Assembly (NCBI RefSeq): GCF_006345805.1
Contig: NC_043012.1
Coordinates: forward strand, 15,686,001-15,750,000
DNA length: 64,000 nt
Source: Octopus sinensis
Taxonomy: Eukaryota
Reading direction: 5' to 3'
Below, one piece after another: positions 1 through 13,038 of this stretch. The notes beneath the pieces are model-generated. The model was given only the letters and a program-made list of their open reading frames with translations. It did no database searches and had not been told where the DNA came from. The first letter of the stretch is position 1. Every line of letters starts with the position of its first letter. The position numbers were made by a program, and so were the translations under genes.

Positions 1-2
1 CT

Positions 3-227
3 TCTACATACAACATTGGTTTCCCAGCAAACGCTATGGCAACTGCGCCCATCCATATACAACACTCTTGCCAAACATCTAATTCCCAACCAACTCTATA
101 TGATTCGGACAGATCTTTATTGGCTTCAAATTACAATTTGGTATCGAAGCAGTCATCCATGACTGTTCATTGTAATGACAATCTTTTATTTGAGCAAAGT
201 TCTGTAGAAATCGTGACACGTTTATAG
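3..227 (+). CDS. Possible terminal coding exon of an upstream gene (function unknown)
   Basis: Frame open from the window edge: STYNIGFPANAMATAPIHIQHSCQTSNSQPTLYDSDRSLLASNYNLVSKQSSMTVHCNDNLLFEQSSVEIVTRL*. Non-repetitive sequence; no domain recognised. Confidence 0.3.
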   Translation, partial: STYNIGFPANAMATAPIHIQHSCQTSNSQPTLYDSDRSLLASNYNLVSKQSSMTVHCNDNLLFEQSSVEIVTRL

Positions 228-2058
228 CTTAAAATAAACTACATGTATGTATATATGTGCTTGTGTATACACATGCAACTCCACTGCAAATGAATGTAAC
301 ATATTTGATGGCATAAAGAACATGTAGGGATAATTAGATGCATCCCAATTCTAGCTGTGCATATTTATGAAAAACAGTTTTTAGCATATTGATGCATGTA
401 ATATAGGCCCAGCTTTGCATAAAAGATCTTGGGTGATTTTTGGAGACATTGGAAGGAAACAGTGTGTCTTGTATGCCATCAAATACAGCAATTCATTTCA
501 CTTCTTCAAGCAAAGAGACTAATATTCTACTAATGTATTTGTGATATTTATGTCTTTAAAAACAAAAGAAAACAATCTACAAATTGGCTGTACCCATGAT
601 ATTGCAAACTTTTAAAGGAATATCACCCTTCTCTCACAACCTACAGCTGCTGTCTCTTGTCATGCTGAAATACGATTACTAACTTCTAAGTTTTTATAGA
701 AGTTCACAAAATTGAGTGAAGAGTATGAACAATATTCCCATATTAAAATGGACTTGTTTGAAATTTTTGTCCTCCTTAATAATCTTATTGTTTTTATAAT
801 TTTTATAAAAGCAAGAAATGTTACTCTACATCAACCTTTAAGTTTTTGGTTGACCTCAAAATCCACTTTCAATTTAAATGGGATGTTCTTTATTTACTAA
901 TGCTGCTCTTGAGAAAGGCATGCTCTTCACAGCACCACATTTTATTAACCTTGTAACTTCATATCTACTTAAGAAATTGTATTTCTCATGTAGTGGTTTT
1001 TGATTTAGAAAAATATACAATTGTGTACTCTGTACTAAGTTTATTTATGCTCCATCAAAGCTTTACCATTGTTTAAAGTTAATGATGATGATGAAATATT
1101 GATGCTGAATAAGAGATCCAATGTCTAAGTAAATGTGGTATCTGCTTTTTAACTACTAAATTATTAGTTAACATCTTGCCACCCTCTAGCTTAAAACTAC
1201 ATCTCTCTGAATTTACTGATTTACTTTTTCCAATCATCAGTAAACATATCATTTCTGTTACCTATCCTGTTTTCCCACTTTATTTTCCTTAAAATTCTTA
1301 TACCAGCTTTGTGTCCCAAAGCTTTGTTTCTTAGCTGGAGCACACCATATTACATACACTCACTGATGCACAATTAATTACCAATACATGTAAATAATCA
1401 TATCCAAGCAGCAGCTAAACACACTAATTTCTCTTGCCATCTCACCATGTATTTCTGAAAAAAGGTACTTGACTCAGTTTGATGTAATTAATTGTTAAGT
1501 TGTTACAGACCTCACTTGAAGTGTGATGGCAGCCATAAAAATATTGAAGTCAAGTCAAGTTAGTGTGAAACACAATAGGTTCCCAGCTGTTAATGCCGTG
1601 TAAACTATCAAATGCTCTGGAGTGGAATTTCTGTTTGATCATTGTGTACTTGGTCATCAAGTAAGAATCAGAGTGAATAATAAAAAGTTATAACTGAAAA
1701 TGCAATGAGGCCAATGCAATGCCCAGTTACACAACATAATCTTCTACTGCCTTCATCTCCATTCAACTTTACTGTTATGTGCACTGTTCTACTAGTGCCA
1801 AGAATTCCACCATGTGTTGGCTGGTCACTGGCATAACATTCCAATCTGCTACTGGTGACATTGCAGCTTAAGCGACTTTTATGTTTAAGAATGACTTTAC
1901 AGCAGATGAAAGGTGAGACTGGAAAAATACATTAACTGGACAAGAGATATATCTTTTAAACAGATTTTTCAAATCCCACAAATTCTCCAAAATTGCAGGC
2001 CAATCTAGTTATTATTTTCTATTTTAGTCAGTTATATGTTACAATTGCATATTTTTCC

Positions 2059-2119
<61 letters not shown>

Positions 2120-2131
2120 ATTATTATTATT
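2059..2131. repeat. (TTA)n microsatellite
   Basis: Direct reading. Confidence 0.97.
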
Positions 2132-4560
2132 GTTCAAAGGTGAAATTCACATGGAAATTACTCCTCTGTAAAGTGTGTTTTCTTGATAGGCTTTTGGGAG
2201 TTTAACTTTGGTTTTATGGCATTAGACAATTAAACTGTTAAGAACAGGTAACGCAATGCTCCATAGCTGGCAATATAGTCAAATGATCTGATACTACACC
2301 TTACTGATTTAGACATGTCCAGTTAAAGTTATACTTTTTGAGTAATCTATCTTTGTATTTTTGACTGTAAAGCCATGGTTTATGCTGATAGCCTCTTCTG
2401 AGAGCAATATTTTCAGCAGCACATTGTAATGTCATCTACAACAAAACGTCTCCAACAGAACTGAACTCAAAATCTATTAGTTTTTGTCCAAACCATTCAC
2501 TTAGCCATCTTGGTTCTACAATAAAGACTATTTCATTGTACTTGCATTTACTAAGAGTATTAATTAATTATCTTCGAATTAGAAACAAACACATCTAGCA
2601 TATAAATAGACACAAGTTATTTGGTTGATAAAAACAATACAAACAAATATATATATATTTGGTTGACAATAATGCAGAAAGATTCTGTTCAGGCGTTTGA
2701 CAACAGGCAAAGTCACAAATCAAACTAATGGATACATGATACGGGCACTTCCCTATTAATTAGTCAGCCTCATATATTCCATGAAGTGGTTGTTTATATT
2801 TCTAACAGGAGCTAGTAGTTTTTTTTTGTATTGTATTTTCTTTTAGAATTTTTAGCATTTTAAATTTTTACGCTCATAATAATTGTAATTAAACAAAAGA
2901 AGATACGCTGTGTTTTGAGTTTTTGTATGAGCCCTTACAAATTAATAAACTTCCAGTTTAAACCAGATTGACAATATTTTCACAAACTGTATCAATAAAA
3001 TTATATCATTATCTTTTAGTTTTGTTTACTTTAAGTTTCTTAATCTTGTGGCAATTCTGTTTATTTTAAACTTCAGAATTAACTCTCTGCATTCAGTGTT
3101 TCAGGTAGATTTTAAGTATATTTGTAAATAAATGCTTTTTGCTTTAATTTTTGTCAGATTTCAACAAAAAGTTTCTATTATATTTATAAATATAAATTAT
3201 GAATACTATAAATATTTTTTTTACATAATTCTGAATTTTTAAGTAAAGAGGAATGAAAACAACTTCTAGGATCAGTAAATTGGAAATAAAAGTTAAAATT
3301 AAAAAAATATCGAAGACTTGCACAAATAAAATCAACTTTAATTGCTAAAAATTGATCTTCTTTGTTTTGAATGTGGAGAAAATGACATTTATCAAACAAT
3401 CCAAATATAGATATATATTGCAAGTATTAGAATCTTTTATTGGACTGTAGTACATTTCATGTTTCAAACAATGCAGATGTTTTCCATGCTACTTGCTGTA
3501 TGGTAAGTATGTAGAATTTCAAATACAAATTCTGCTTATTGTAATTATATGATGACTTCAACTGATGAGTTAAATCTCTTTATTGTAAGTTTACATGTTT
3601 TAATTTTCAGTTCCTTACTGTCCACTTTTTAAAAATTTTATGCTCCATACAAAAAAATATTTTACTATGGTATCAAAAAATATTTTGCCATGTTTCATCT
3701 TAACTATCATAACTTCATTTAAGTTTTATTTCATAAATATTTTCTTTCCTTTATTTCAGTTAATTTTATATTTATTTAGCCATTGTGTAGTTTCATTAAT
3801 TCATATTTTATATGTTTATGTAAGAAATGTCTTTACCTTTAGAATTGGTAATTGCTTCCTTGATAGAAACTCCCTTATTCAAATTTGAACTTTTCTGAAA
3901 AATATTTTGAAACTCATTTAAAATATTATTGAATGGAAGCAATACTTCCCTTCCTAACTATGAGAAAATTATTCCACCATGGAGTGTATTTGTTTGTTTT
4001 TAGATTTTTGAATACTTTCACAGCTGAACTTCACTATGTTTACATATTACTGTTACCAAACAACAGTTGGATACAATCCTCAGAATAAGGTATTCAAGAG
4101 AAGCCATAGAGAACTGAAAATTTTATGCCTATTAAGTGGTATCCATTAAGATGGGAGCTCTCTAAAGAGGCGACATCTACCCTTGTGTGCATTTTTTCTC
4201 TTACAACCTCCTCATCACAAGCTGTATATGTACGTGTGTGTGTATGCATGTTTGTATGCAAAGACAAACGTATGTAATTGCTTGAGGATCATTTGACACT
4301 ATAAAAGACTGACTTTCATTTCTAACATCTTAGATGTAATGAAAATAGTCATTCATAGCTGCTGTGTCCTTTACCACTTCAAGTCCCTTTGCCTTCTCAA
4401 TGGAAGCCAATATAGTTCCCCCCAAAAATACTTTGGCCTTTTTGGCTACACACACCAAAACACTTTGTGTCTCAAAAGGGTTAATATACTTGTTGTGTCT
4501 ACAGGACTGACAAAGTAACTTTGCCTTTATAGTCTGTATCCTAATGTATTTCATCTTGTT

Positions 4561-4910
4561 GCAAGTGCGTGACCGTTGCCAGAGCAGCCAACTGGCTCCG
4601 TGCCGGTGGCACGTAAAAGGGCACCATTAGAGCATGATCGTTATCAACGTCGCCTTACTGGCACCTGTGCCAGTGGCATGTATAAAAAGATTCGAGCGAG
4701 GTCGTTGCCAGTACCGCCTCCCCTGGCACGTAAAAAGCACCCACTACACTCTCGGAGTGGTTGGCGTTAGGAAGGGCATCCAGCTGTAGAAACTCTGCCA
4801 GATCAAGATTGGAGCCTGGTGCAGCCATCTGGTTCGCCAGCCCTCAGTCGAAATCGTCCAACCCATGCCAGCATGGAAAGCGGACGTTAAACGATGATGA
4901 TGATGATGAA
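4561..4910 (+). mobile_element. SINE family B (aggaagggcatccagctgtagaaac core, (GAT)n tail, internal tandem subrepeats)
   Basis: Ends ccatgccagcatggaaagcggacgttaaacgatgatgatg; three ggcacgtaaaaag-type subrepeats upstream. Confidence 0.88.
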
Positions 4911-5189
4911 GTGCAGGGATGCACAAAAACATTTTTTTGTCTGTTTTGTAAAGCATACTCATTTTGCTGATACCTATGTATTTGCTTTTAAATGCACATA
5001 TGTGTATTTCTATAGTCATATACTTTTATAAACAGTCTCTCTTGTGCGCACGCACGCACACACACACACACACACACACACATTGATAATAAGATAGTGA
5101 ATGCTGCCCACTATTGACCTTCACAACTTGACAATGTTAAGTTAATTATTGTAGATCATTATGACCACCAACCAGCATTACTGCTATCA

Positions 5190-5350
5190 CTGCTGCTACC
5201 ACTGCTGCTACTACTACTACTGCTACCGCCAACACCAGCAGGTGCAGTAGCAGCAATACCATTAATGCCACCATGCTACCAGTAACAACAGCACCATCAC
5301 CACCACCATGACCAATGCCACCACCACCACCACCACCACCACCACCACTG
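5190..5350. repeat. Imperfect (CAC)/(CTA) triplet tract
   Basis: Source of the spurious poly-Gly ORF 5146-5361. Confidence 0.85.
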
Positions 5351-6045
5351 CTACTCTTCAATTAACTGTGCAAACCCTTTAATGATTTCTTATTTACAAT
5401 ATCCTGAGCCTGAAAGATTTTCTTAATGTTTATCTTTCATTTAGTTTTTCATTCTCCATTTCCTTTCTTTCTGTCTTGTTTCAGGACTCATTTTCTTCTT
5501 TTCTTCCATTAGTTTGCTATAATTCTTTCATAATTTCACTCTTTCTACATAAATGTTTTATTCTTTTATATTCTTTCCATTTAATTCCTTCTTTTTGATT
5601 TTTTTTTGTTTTTGAGATTCTACAAACTATTATATTTTACGCTTTTTAAAGAATTATAATTTTCAGTTCTTTACTTAATTCCTTAATCCAAACAAGAGCT
5701 TAGAGTAAGAGATGAAGAATTTAGAGTATCCCAGAATGTTGTAGGCTAACAAATTGAAGAATTATCAGGAGAAGCTAATGAGTAAATGGTGTGAATAGAG
5801 CAAAGTGTAAACTTCAGATTGACCAACAGAATTGTTGGTCAGCTTTGTAAATCTTGTTAGATGATTAAAGTTTCAAAAATTATTAAGGATAGGTATAGGC
5901 ATTGTATGTAGTAAGACGTTTGCTTCCCAACCACATGGTTCTGAGTTCAGTTCCACTGCATGGCACCTTGGGCAAGTACTTCTATAGATTCAGGCCAACC
6001 AAAGCGTTGTGAGACAAAAACTGAAAGAAGCCCATCATATGTGTT

Positions 6046-6080
<35 letters not shown>

Positions 6081-6222
6081 ATGTGTGTGTGTGTGTGTGT
6101 GTATTTGATTCTGTGTTTGTCACTAACAATTGGTGTTATGTTTATGTCCCAATAACTTAGAGGTTTGCCAAAAACGACTGATAAAATAAGTACTGGGTTT
6201 TTATAAAAAACGTACTAGATTC

Positions 6223-6425
6223 GGAGATGTACTCGCATAGCAAGTAATTTGATCTGAGATCGTGTGCTGAAACGAAAACAATTGCAGCGTGGAAGGTGTT
6301 TATAAGCCATTTAAGAAACACACAAAAGCCGTTCGATTCACTTCAACATTTAAGTATAATTTTTCAAAATATTTTCGTCGCTAAAATCCGCGACCTGTTC
6401 ACTGACAAAAATCCGTGCTGCATCT
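6223..6425 (-). mobile_element. 203-bp insertion with 8-bp TSD inside a SINE
   Basis: ctagattc is duplicated at 6215-6222 and 6426-6433, and the host SINE resumes across the site. Short imperfect terminal gagatg/catct. Confidence 0.8.
6363..6409 (-). ncRNA. Hammerhead-like motif with G3:C8 swap
   Basis: Minus strand: tttgtca-GTGAACA-g-gtcgc ggatttta gcgac-GAAA-atat-TT-tgaaaaa. Confidence 0.55.
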
Positions 6426-6764
6426 CTAGATTCATTTGACTAAAAATTCTCCAAGGCAGTGCCCCAGCATGGCTGCAGCCTAATGACTGAAACAAGTAAA
6501 AGATAAGAGAAGGCTTCTGAGGGAAAGTATGAATTGTAAGAGATATCTAAGATGTAGTCACTCTCTCTGAGTATACAGGGGGTAACAGTATTAAATGCTG
6601 TCAAGGCTTGCTAATGATTCTGCCAGCTTGCCACTTTTGATTCCATTGAAAAATATTTGTATTAGTTCTTTTGAATTTATTTCATTTTCATATTTAGGTT
6701 AAGATCCTTTGAATTTTCTCTCAACACACACAATTGCACACATTTTGTAACATTTTGCAGCAAC

Positions 6765-6855
<91 letters not shown>

Positions 6856-7644
6856 GCCAGTAATTGAATAATGGGCTCTAAAGAAAGTGTATTTTATTGT
6901 CCTGTCATGAACATGTCTTTTAAAATACACACATCCATACATATAAACTTCTTAGAATCAAGTATAATCACAATACACACACACACACACACACACACAC
7001 ATGTCTTTGGCAATACTAATGCTGTAAATCTTTTTTATTCAGCTTTTATAGGGAGAACATAAAGATAGCTGATGTGCATCAAGTTTATTTTATTACTGTA
7101 TTTTAGTAGAAATTCTGGTCTTACTGAGTTGATGCTTTCAGCAATGAAACCAATTCAGCTTTTTATTTCAGTTAAGGTTGTCATTTTCTATTTATTTATC
7201 TATCTCTTTACTTATATTTTCACCTTAGTTTATCAATATTTCATTGATTTCATGAGAAGTATCAGTCTAAACAATAACACAAGACTGATCTTTAAGTACT
7301 TCATTTATCCTTAAACATTGCATTTTTTACAGTTTCTTTTGTGCTGTAATACTTCGATTGATTTATGTGTGTTGCATACTTTGGGAGTCATTAGAAGCCT
7401 TACAAATTGATACTAAGTGAGATTCAGTGTTACCAAGGATTTCTACTACTATGAGAATTATGTAAATTTAGCCAATCTGCCTACTTGTTACTTGCACAGT
7501 GAACAGTAAGATTCAGAAATAATGACTTGTATCTTTATTGTTAACCCTTTAGCATTTAGATTATTTTGTAAAATGCAATACCTTTTCATTCCCATTGTTT
7601 TTAATAAATCATGCATTATGTTGTAACGTCAGAATTTTGATGAT

Positions 7645-7935
7645 AATGATGATTATCATCATCGTTTAACATCCACCTTCCATGCAGGCATGGGTTGGAC
7701 GGTTTGACAGGAGCTGGTTAGTTAGAAGACTACATGAAGCTACTGTGTCTGTTTTTGGCAGAGTTTTTTTTACAGCTGGATGCCTTTCCTGACACCAACT
7801 ACACTGCATGACACCAGCATGAATGAGGTCAGTTTTGGCATGGTTTTTACAGCTGGATGCCCCTCCAAATGTAGAGTCTACATTGTGGACTGGATGTCCT
7901 TTATGTGGCACCAGCACTGGCAGGGTCACCAAGTT
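7645..7935 (-). mobile_element. SINE family B (older, reverse)
   Basis: catcatcatcgtttaacatccaccttccatgcaggcatggg... Confidence 0.75.
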
Positions 7936-8271
7936 ACTAGCAAGACAAGGGATTTGAGAAGGAAGGTGAGGGGCATTGGAGGATGGGATTTTGTGTCAGA
8001 TGATGAAAGGTTAGAGTGTGACAGAGGGAGAGAGGCAGAAACAAGTGTCTTTTTATAGAGGAGAGGGTGTGATTGTATATTTTTAGAATGACATTGAAGG
8101 TTAGGTGTGATAGGCTGGATCTGGCTGCTTTGAACATAAAACATATTTTGGCTGGATATGACCATTTTAAATGCTAAAGGGTTAATACATTTAGGCAGAT
8201 TTGAACATGAGTATGCTAGTCATTGTTGTGTTTCATCATAGGAGAACAACTTTTCCTTTGCAACACATATG

Positions 8272-8620
8272 TGTTTGTGGTTATGTGGTAAGAAGTTTGC
8301 TTCCCAGCCACATAGTTCTGGGTTCAGCTCCACTGTGTGACACATCCAACAAGTGTCTTCTACTATTGCCTCGGGCTGGCCAAAGCCTTGTGAGTAGATT
8401 TGATTGGCAGAAACAGAAGGAAGCCCATCATATATCTTTGTGTGTGTGTGTTTGTGTTTGATGTGTTTATGTCCCTGTAACTTAGTAGTTTGGCAAAAGA
8501 GACCAATAGAATAAGTACCAGGCTTAAAAAATAAGTACTGAGGTGAGTTCATTTGACTAAAATTCTTCAAGGTGGTGCCCCAGCATGGCCACAGTCTAAT
8601 GACTGAAGCAAGTATAAGAT
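8272..8620 (+). mobile_element. SINE family A
   Basis: Head gtggttatgtggtaagaagtttgcttccc through tail gactgaagcaagtataaga. Confidence 0.85.
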
Positions 8621-8719
8621 GACATACTTGAATCGTAAGTACAAGGGCATCATGGGACGTTTAATGTTTCGACATCATTGGGTACAAATGAACTGAGTGT
8701 ATTATGACATATATGTATC

Positions 8720-9030
8720 AGCATCATCATCATCATCATCGTTTAACGTCCGCTTTTCATACTAGCATGGGTTGGATGAATGACTGAGGGCTGGCGAACC
8801 AGATGGCTGCACTAGGCCCCAATTTTGATCTGGCAGTGTTTCTATAGCTGGATGCCCTTCCTAACGCCAACCACTCCATGAGTGTAGTGGGTGCTTTTTA
8901 CGTGCTACTGGCACAGGTGCCAGGGGAGGCTGGCAGCGGCCATGATCGGTTGGTGCTTTTTACGTGCACCAGCACAGAAGCCAGTCAAGGCAGCGCTGGC
9001 ATCGGCCACGTTCGAATGGTGCTGTATATT
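8720..9030 (-). mobile_element. SINE family B (reverse)
   Basis: (CAT)n then cgtttaacgtccgcttttcatactagcatggg... Confidence 0.85.
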
Positions 9031-11228
9031 TTTTGTAAAAGTGAAGCTGCTTTCCAGTGATGAAACTCAACAGTGTTGAATCTGCCAGAACACATTAAGA
9101 ATAAATATACAAGTCATCATATGTAAACTCTTGCTAATTCCAAGTCTTCATTGTTATACAGCCTTTTCTGTGTTTTTTGACTGGATTTATAATTGATGGC
9201 ATATTATACAATGTATGAATGAGCTTAACCTTGTTAATAATGATACTGTTAATATTAATTAAAATTATCCTATATATTATTTACTGGCCTAGACTGGCAT
9301 TTTTTCCATTCAGTGTTAGAAAATAACCTTAACAAGTGACAGTGTTCATTATAATTTCTATAGAAAATCTGTAGAAATAATCTTAACAAGTGATTTAATA
9401 GCACTGCTAACACAGTAGAACACAGCATTTACTTATAAAAGCGTTTAACATACTTTGTAGTATATTATGATTGCATAACAAAATACAGTGTCCCTACAGG
9501 TCATTAATAAGTTTTAGAAAATTCTGTAGTGCTATACTGCTGCTACTAAACATTGCATACTGTCATAGACTATTGCCTCATCTGTAAGCTTTCTTTTCTC
9601 CTAAATTATAACAAAATTTCCTGGTGCCTTGCCAAAAAATGATCTGTATAAAGTTTACAGAGCCCTACTGTCTATTGTTCCTCAAAGAAAGTATTTCTGT
9701 GATCAGTATTCTTGCAGATAATGCCATAGTATTCATTTTTCAGTGTGCTGCCAATTTCACTCTGAACATACCACAAATGCCTTGTGGCATTTATTTTTGA
9801 TTCTTAACATTCAGAGTTCAAATCATACAAAGATCAACTTTTTCTTACTAAGTATAATGAATTGTCTGTTAACATGGAGCTATTATTTTAAAAGATACAG
9901 CATCCTGTGATATGCTGACCCCACTTTCTCTCTCTATACCTATTCTGTTGCAGCTTCTATAGCCTTTCTTGATAGGTCTTGTGGGACATTCTTTACTCAT
10001 TCATCTCTCTTGTTACATATATCGTGTTTGCTCCTTACCTTCATCCATTTCTCTGCATTGACCACCACACCTAGTTCTTTCTCTCCAGAATGTCTGGAAT
10101 GTGTTAAATATGAGGTCTGAATGCTATCAGCTTTTATGTTTATTTAGACTAATTAAAAGTCAGTGAAGAGGCCTCTACACGGTTGCTCAACCTGTTAAAA
10201 TTAGGGAGTCTGAATCCTTTAAATCACACACAGCCATCTTAGGAAAAGGGTGCATTTTGTATTGTGGTCCTGGGTGGACTCTGCCATCAGCTAAAAATGG
10301 TATGATTATAGCTGGAATAGTTCTGTTGGATCAAAATAACAATACATTCTGCTTTTTCAGACTTGTTCTGCTGTACTTTGTGTTTATATTCACAATGATA
10401 ATATTGAGCCCTAGATCAGTTCAGATCTGTCTTTGACTACCTGGATTACCTGTGAAATAATCAAGTATGGTTTGCTGATCCATTATTGTAGATATAAAAT
10501 GCCTTTACCTGGGCAAGGTGATTTGGTTGGAATACAATAGTTGATACCTTGAAACTGCTGTATTTTTCTGGCTTACAACATGAAATTTTCAGACCTAAAT
10601 TTACATCCGAAAAGAAGGTAGGTTGACTTCTACATCAAGATGAATTTGGAGAACCAAAAATTCTATCTGAAATGCAGCAGTATTTGGAAAGATGGTGGTG
10701 ATGTTTGAATGTTTACATTACATGTATACACTGTTATACTATGTCAACTTGTATGTCAGAAAAAATGGTATTATCAACTTCTACTAGTGCTGTGCCTCTT
10801 AGTAATATGTTTTTTTTTTAAGGGTGGTAACGGTGGTGGACTTATGAGTTTGTTAAGGCTATTTTGGGATGGATGTGATTGTTTGTATGTTTCTCTATAA
10901 AAAATAGGAGAGATAGTATTCTAAGGGTAGTAGCAGTGGTGTAAGGGTGTTGTTGATATATCTGAGTGTTTGGTGGGGATTGTGTATGTGACAAGGGCTT
11001 CAAAGACTGGAGCTTCATCTAACAACAAACTGTACTTCTCGCATCAGAATCTGATGGGTACTTTCATTTTGTTTTAGTGTTTTTGTTTTACTCTGTTGGT
11101 GACACATGTGTGCCACCCGTGGGGAAGCAAAGCAGGCTTTTTTGTTCCATTAGTAGTTTGTTGTGGAAAAACTGCAAGTCTGGGTAGAACTGGAACAATC
11201 TGATATACTACTTCTATACTAGAATAGT

Positions 11229-11490
11229 GTGGAGGCGCGTGGCTTAGTGGTTAGGGTGTCAGCATCATGATCGTAAGATTGTGGTTTCAATTCCTGGACC
11301 GGGCGACGCGTTGTGTTCTTGAGCAAAACACTTCATTTCACGTTGCTCCATTCCACTCAGCTGGCAAAAATGAGTAACGCTGCGATGGACTGGCGTCCCG
11401 TCCAGCTGGGGAACACATACACCATAGAAACTGGGGAAACTAGGCCCATGAGCCTGGCTAAGCTTTAAAAGGGTGCATTTATTTATTTAT
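11229..11490 (+). mobile_element. SINE family C (tRNA head ggaggcgcgtggcttagtggttagg, (ATTT)n tail)
   Basis: A and B box-like motifs; full-length partner at 40663-40912. Confidence 0.88.
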
Positions 11491-12447
11491 TATACTAGAA
11501 TAGTGACTTTTCTGCTTTATCAACTGGAGTGCTTGTCAGTAATTTTTCTGTACATTGTACTAAGTGTGTTGTGAACATTGTAGATGTAGGTATTGGTAAT
11601 TCCTAATATTTTTGTGTTTTGCATGTGTGTATATTATGTTCTAAGTTGTTTAGAGCTTCATGTTGTATCAGGCAGCTTTCAATGTTGCTGATAAGAAAAC
11701 AATTGTTGGTTTTGATTGAGACTTCTTTTCGCTTATTTCTTCTGAAGCCAGTTTTTTAGCCAGTAAGTTTGTGCAGCTGTGTCTGATGATTTATGGACAG
11801 ACAAGAATATGATGTTGTCTAAAATATCTGTTGGAAAGAGGATGAATTTATGGCTCAGAATGTGTTTTTGTACACCATATTGTATATGGTTGGTGACCTG
11901 ATAGTTAGTTTAAAGCTAATGTTTTATGTTGTTTCCTTATACAATGTTAAGTTGATGGTATTTACAAGGATACACATAATTTTAATTTTTGTTGAAGCCA
12001 TCATCTTTTCATTATGTCAGGTTTCTGAGTCGTGTAGCTGGTACAACAGTTGAGGGCTGGGTTTCAAATTCATGTGGAAAGTTGGAGAGGATGATGTCTA
12101 GATTTGTGTATCCAAGGTTGAGTGTTTCTAAAAAAACATTTTTGTATGGTGTATTGGTGGTGGTTTGGAAGGTGTATGCAAGCGTGGAGATGTGTTAGGG
12201 AGGGTGTATACTAGTGTGTGACTGTGAAAAGTAAGAAAGGATGTATGCAATTTCATGGGCGTGTTTGATGCTATTTTGGGTGTATTTTGGCTAGGTTTTA
12301 GAATCGTTACAGTTTTGCTCAGTTTTCAAATTTTCGAGATTTCTCTGCATTGATAAATCATTAGTTAAAAATTTTGACAGATGCTTCATTTCTGTCTTGA
12401 ATATTTCATAGCTTGTATGTTGCCATATTCTGTTAATGTTGGTTTCA

Positions 12448-13038
12448 GATTTTGACACAAGGCCAGCAATTTCAGGGAAGTGGCTAAGTCTATTACAGTG
12501 ACTCCAGTGCTCAACTGGTACTTATTTTATTGCTCCAACAAGGATGAAAGGCAAAGTTGACCTTGGTGGAATTTGAGCTCAGAATATAAAGACGGTCAAA
12601 ATGCAACTAAGCCTTTTTCTCAAAATGCTAATGATTCTGCCAGCTTGCTGTCTCACATTCTGTTAATGTTTCTTATTTCTTTACTGCCCACACAGAGGGG
12701 ACAAACAAGGACAAAGGGATTAAGTCAATTATACGGACACCAGTGCATAACTGGTACTTATTTAATTGGCCCCGAAAGGATGAAAGGAAAAGTAGACCTC
12801 AACGGAATTTGAACTCAGAATGTAATGGCAGACGAAGTACCTATTTCTTTACTACCCACAAGGGACTAAACACAGAGAAGACATCGACCCCAGTGCGTAA
12901 CTGGTACTTATTTAATCGACCCCAAAAGGATGAAAGGCAAAGTCGACCTCGGCGGAATTTGAACTCAGAACATAGCGGCAGACGAAATACTGCTAAGCTT
13001 TTCACCTGGCGTGCTAACCACTCTGCCAGCTGATCACC
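12448..13038 (-). mobile_element. Cluster of SINE family E copies (reverse)
   Basis: Three partial or complete units, each with aaggatgaaaggcaaagt(c/t)gacct. Confidence 0.85.

Larger units (their letters stand above)
5899..6505 (+). mobile_element. SINE family A (tRNA head, caccttgggcaagt core, internal (TG)n, gactgaaacaagtaaaa tail), interrupted
   Basis: Matches the other family A copies; split by the 6223-6425 insertion. Confidence 0.85.

Noticed and set aside
4576-4970. Recurring ORFs containing WLALGRASSCRN, HHHHRLTSAFHA or RNLNSER
   Set aside because: Read-through of SINE families B and E, repeated at many loci.
5146-5361. Poly-Gly plus hydrophobic ORF that looks like a membrane protein
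   Set aside because: Product of a (CAC)/(CTA) triplet repeat; no splice or homology support.
1867-10110. Candidate upstream exons for the Tudor gene (about 1867-1912, 3078-3105, 3478-3502, 4002-4088, 9160-9210, 10089-10114)
   Set aside because: Some have plausible splice sites, but none gives a recognisable domain or a stop-free chain into the phase-1 exon at 13957.
11229-11305. tRNA-like sequences at SINE heads
   Set aside because: They continue into SINE bodies and lack a complete cloverleaf or acceptor stem; not called tRNA genes.
10700-12420. Strand-asymmetric GT-rich block, possibly an old LINE ORF; similar blocks at 27790-28280, 39620-39880 and 59980-60450
   Set aside because: No diagnostic motif could be read with confidence; left unannotated.
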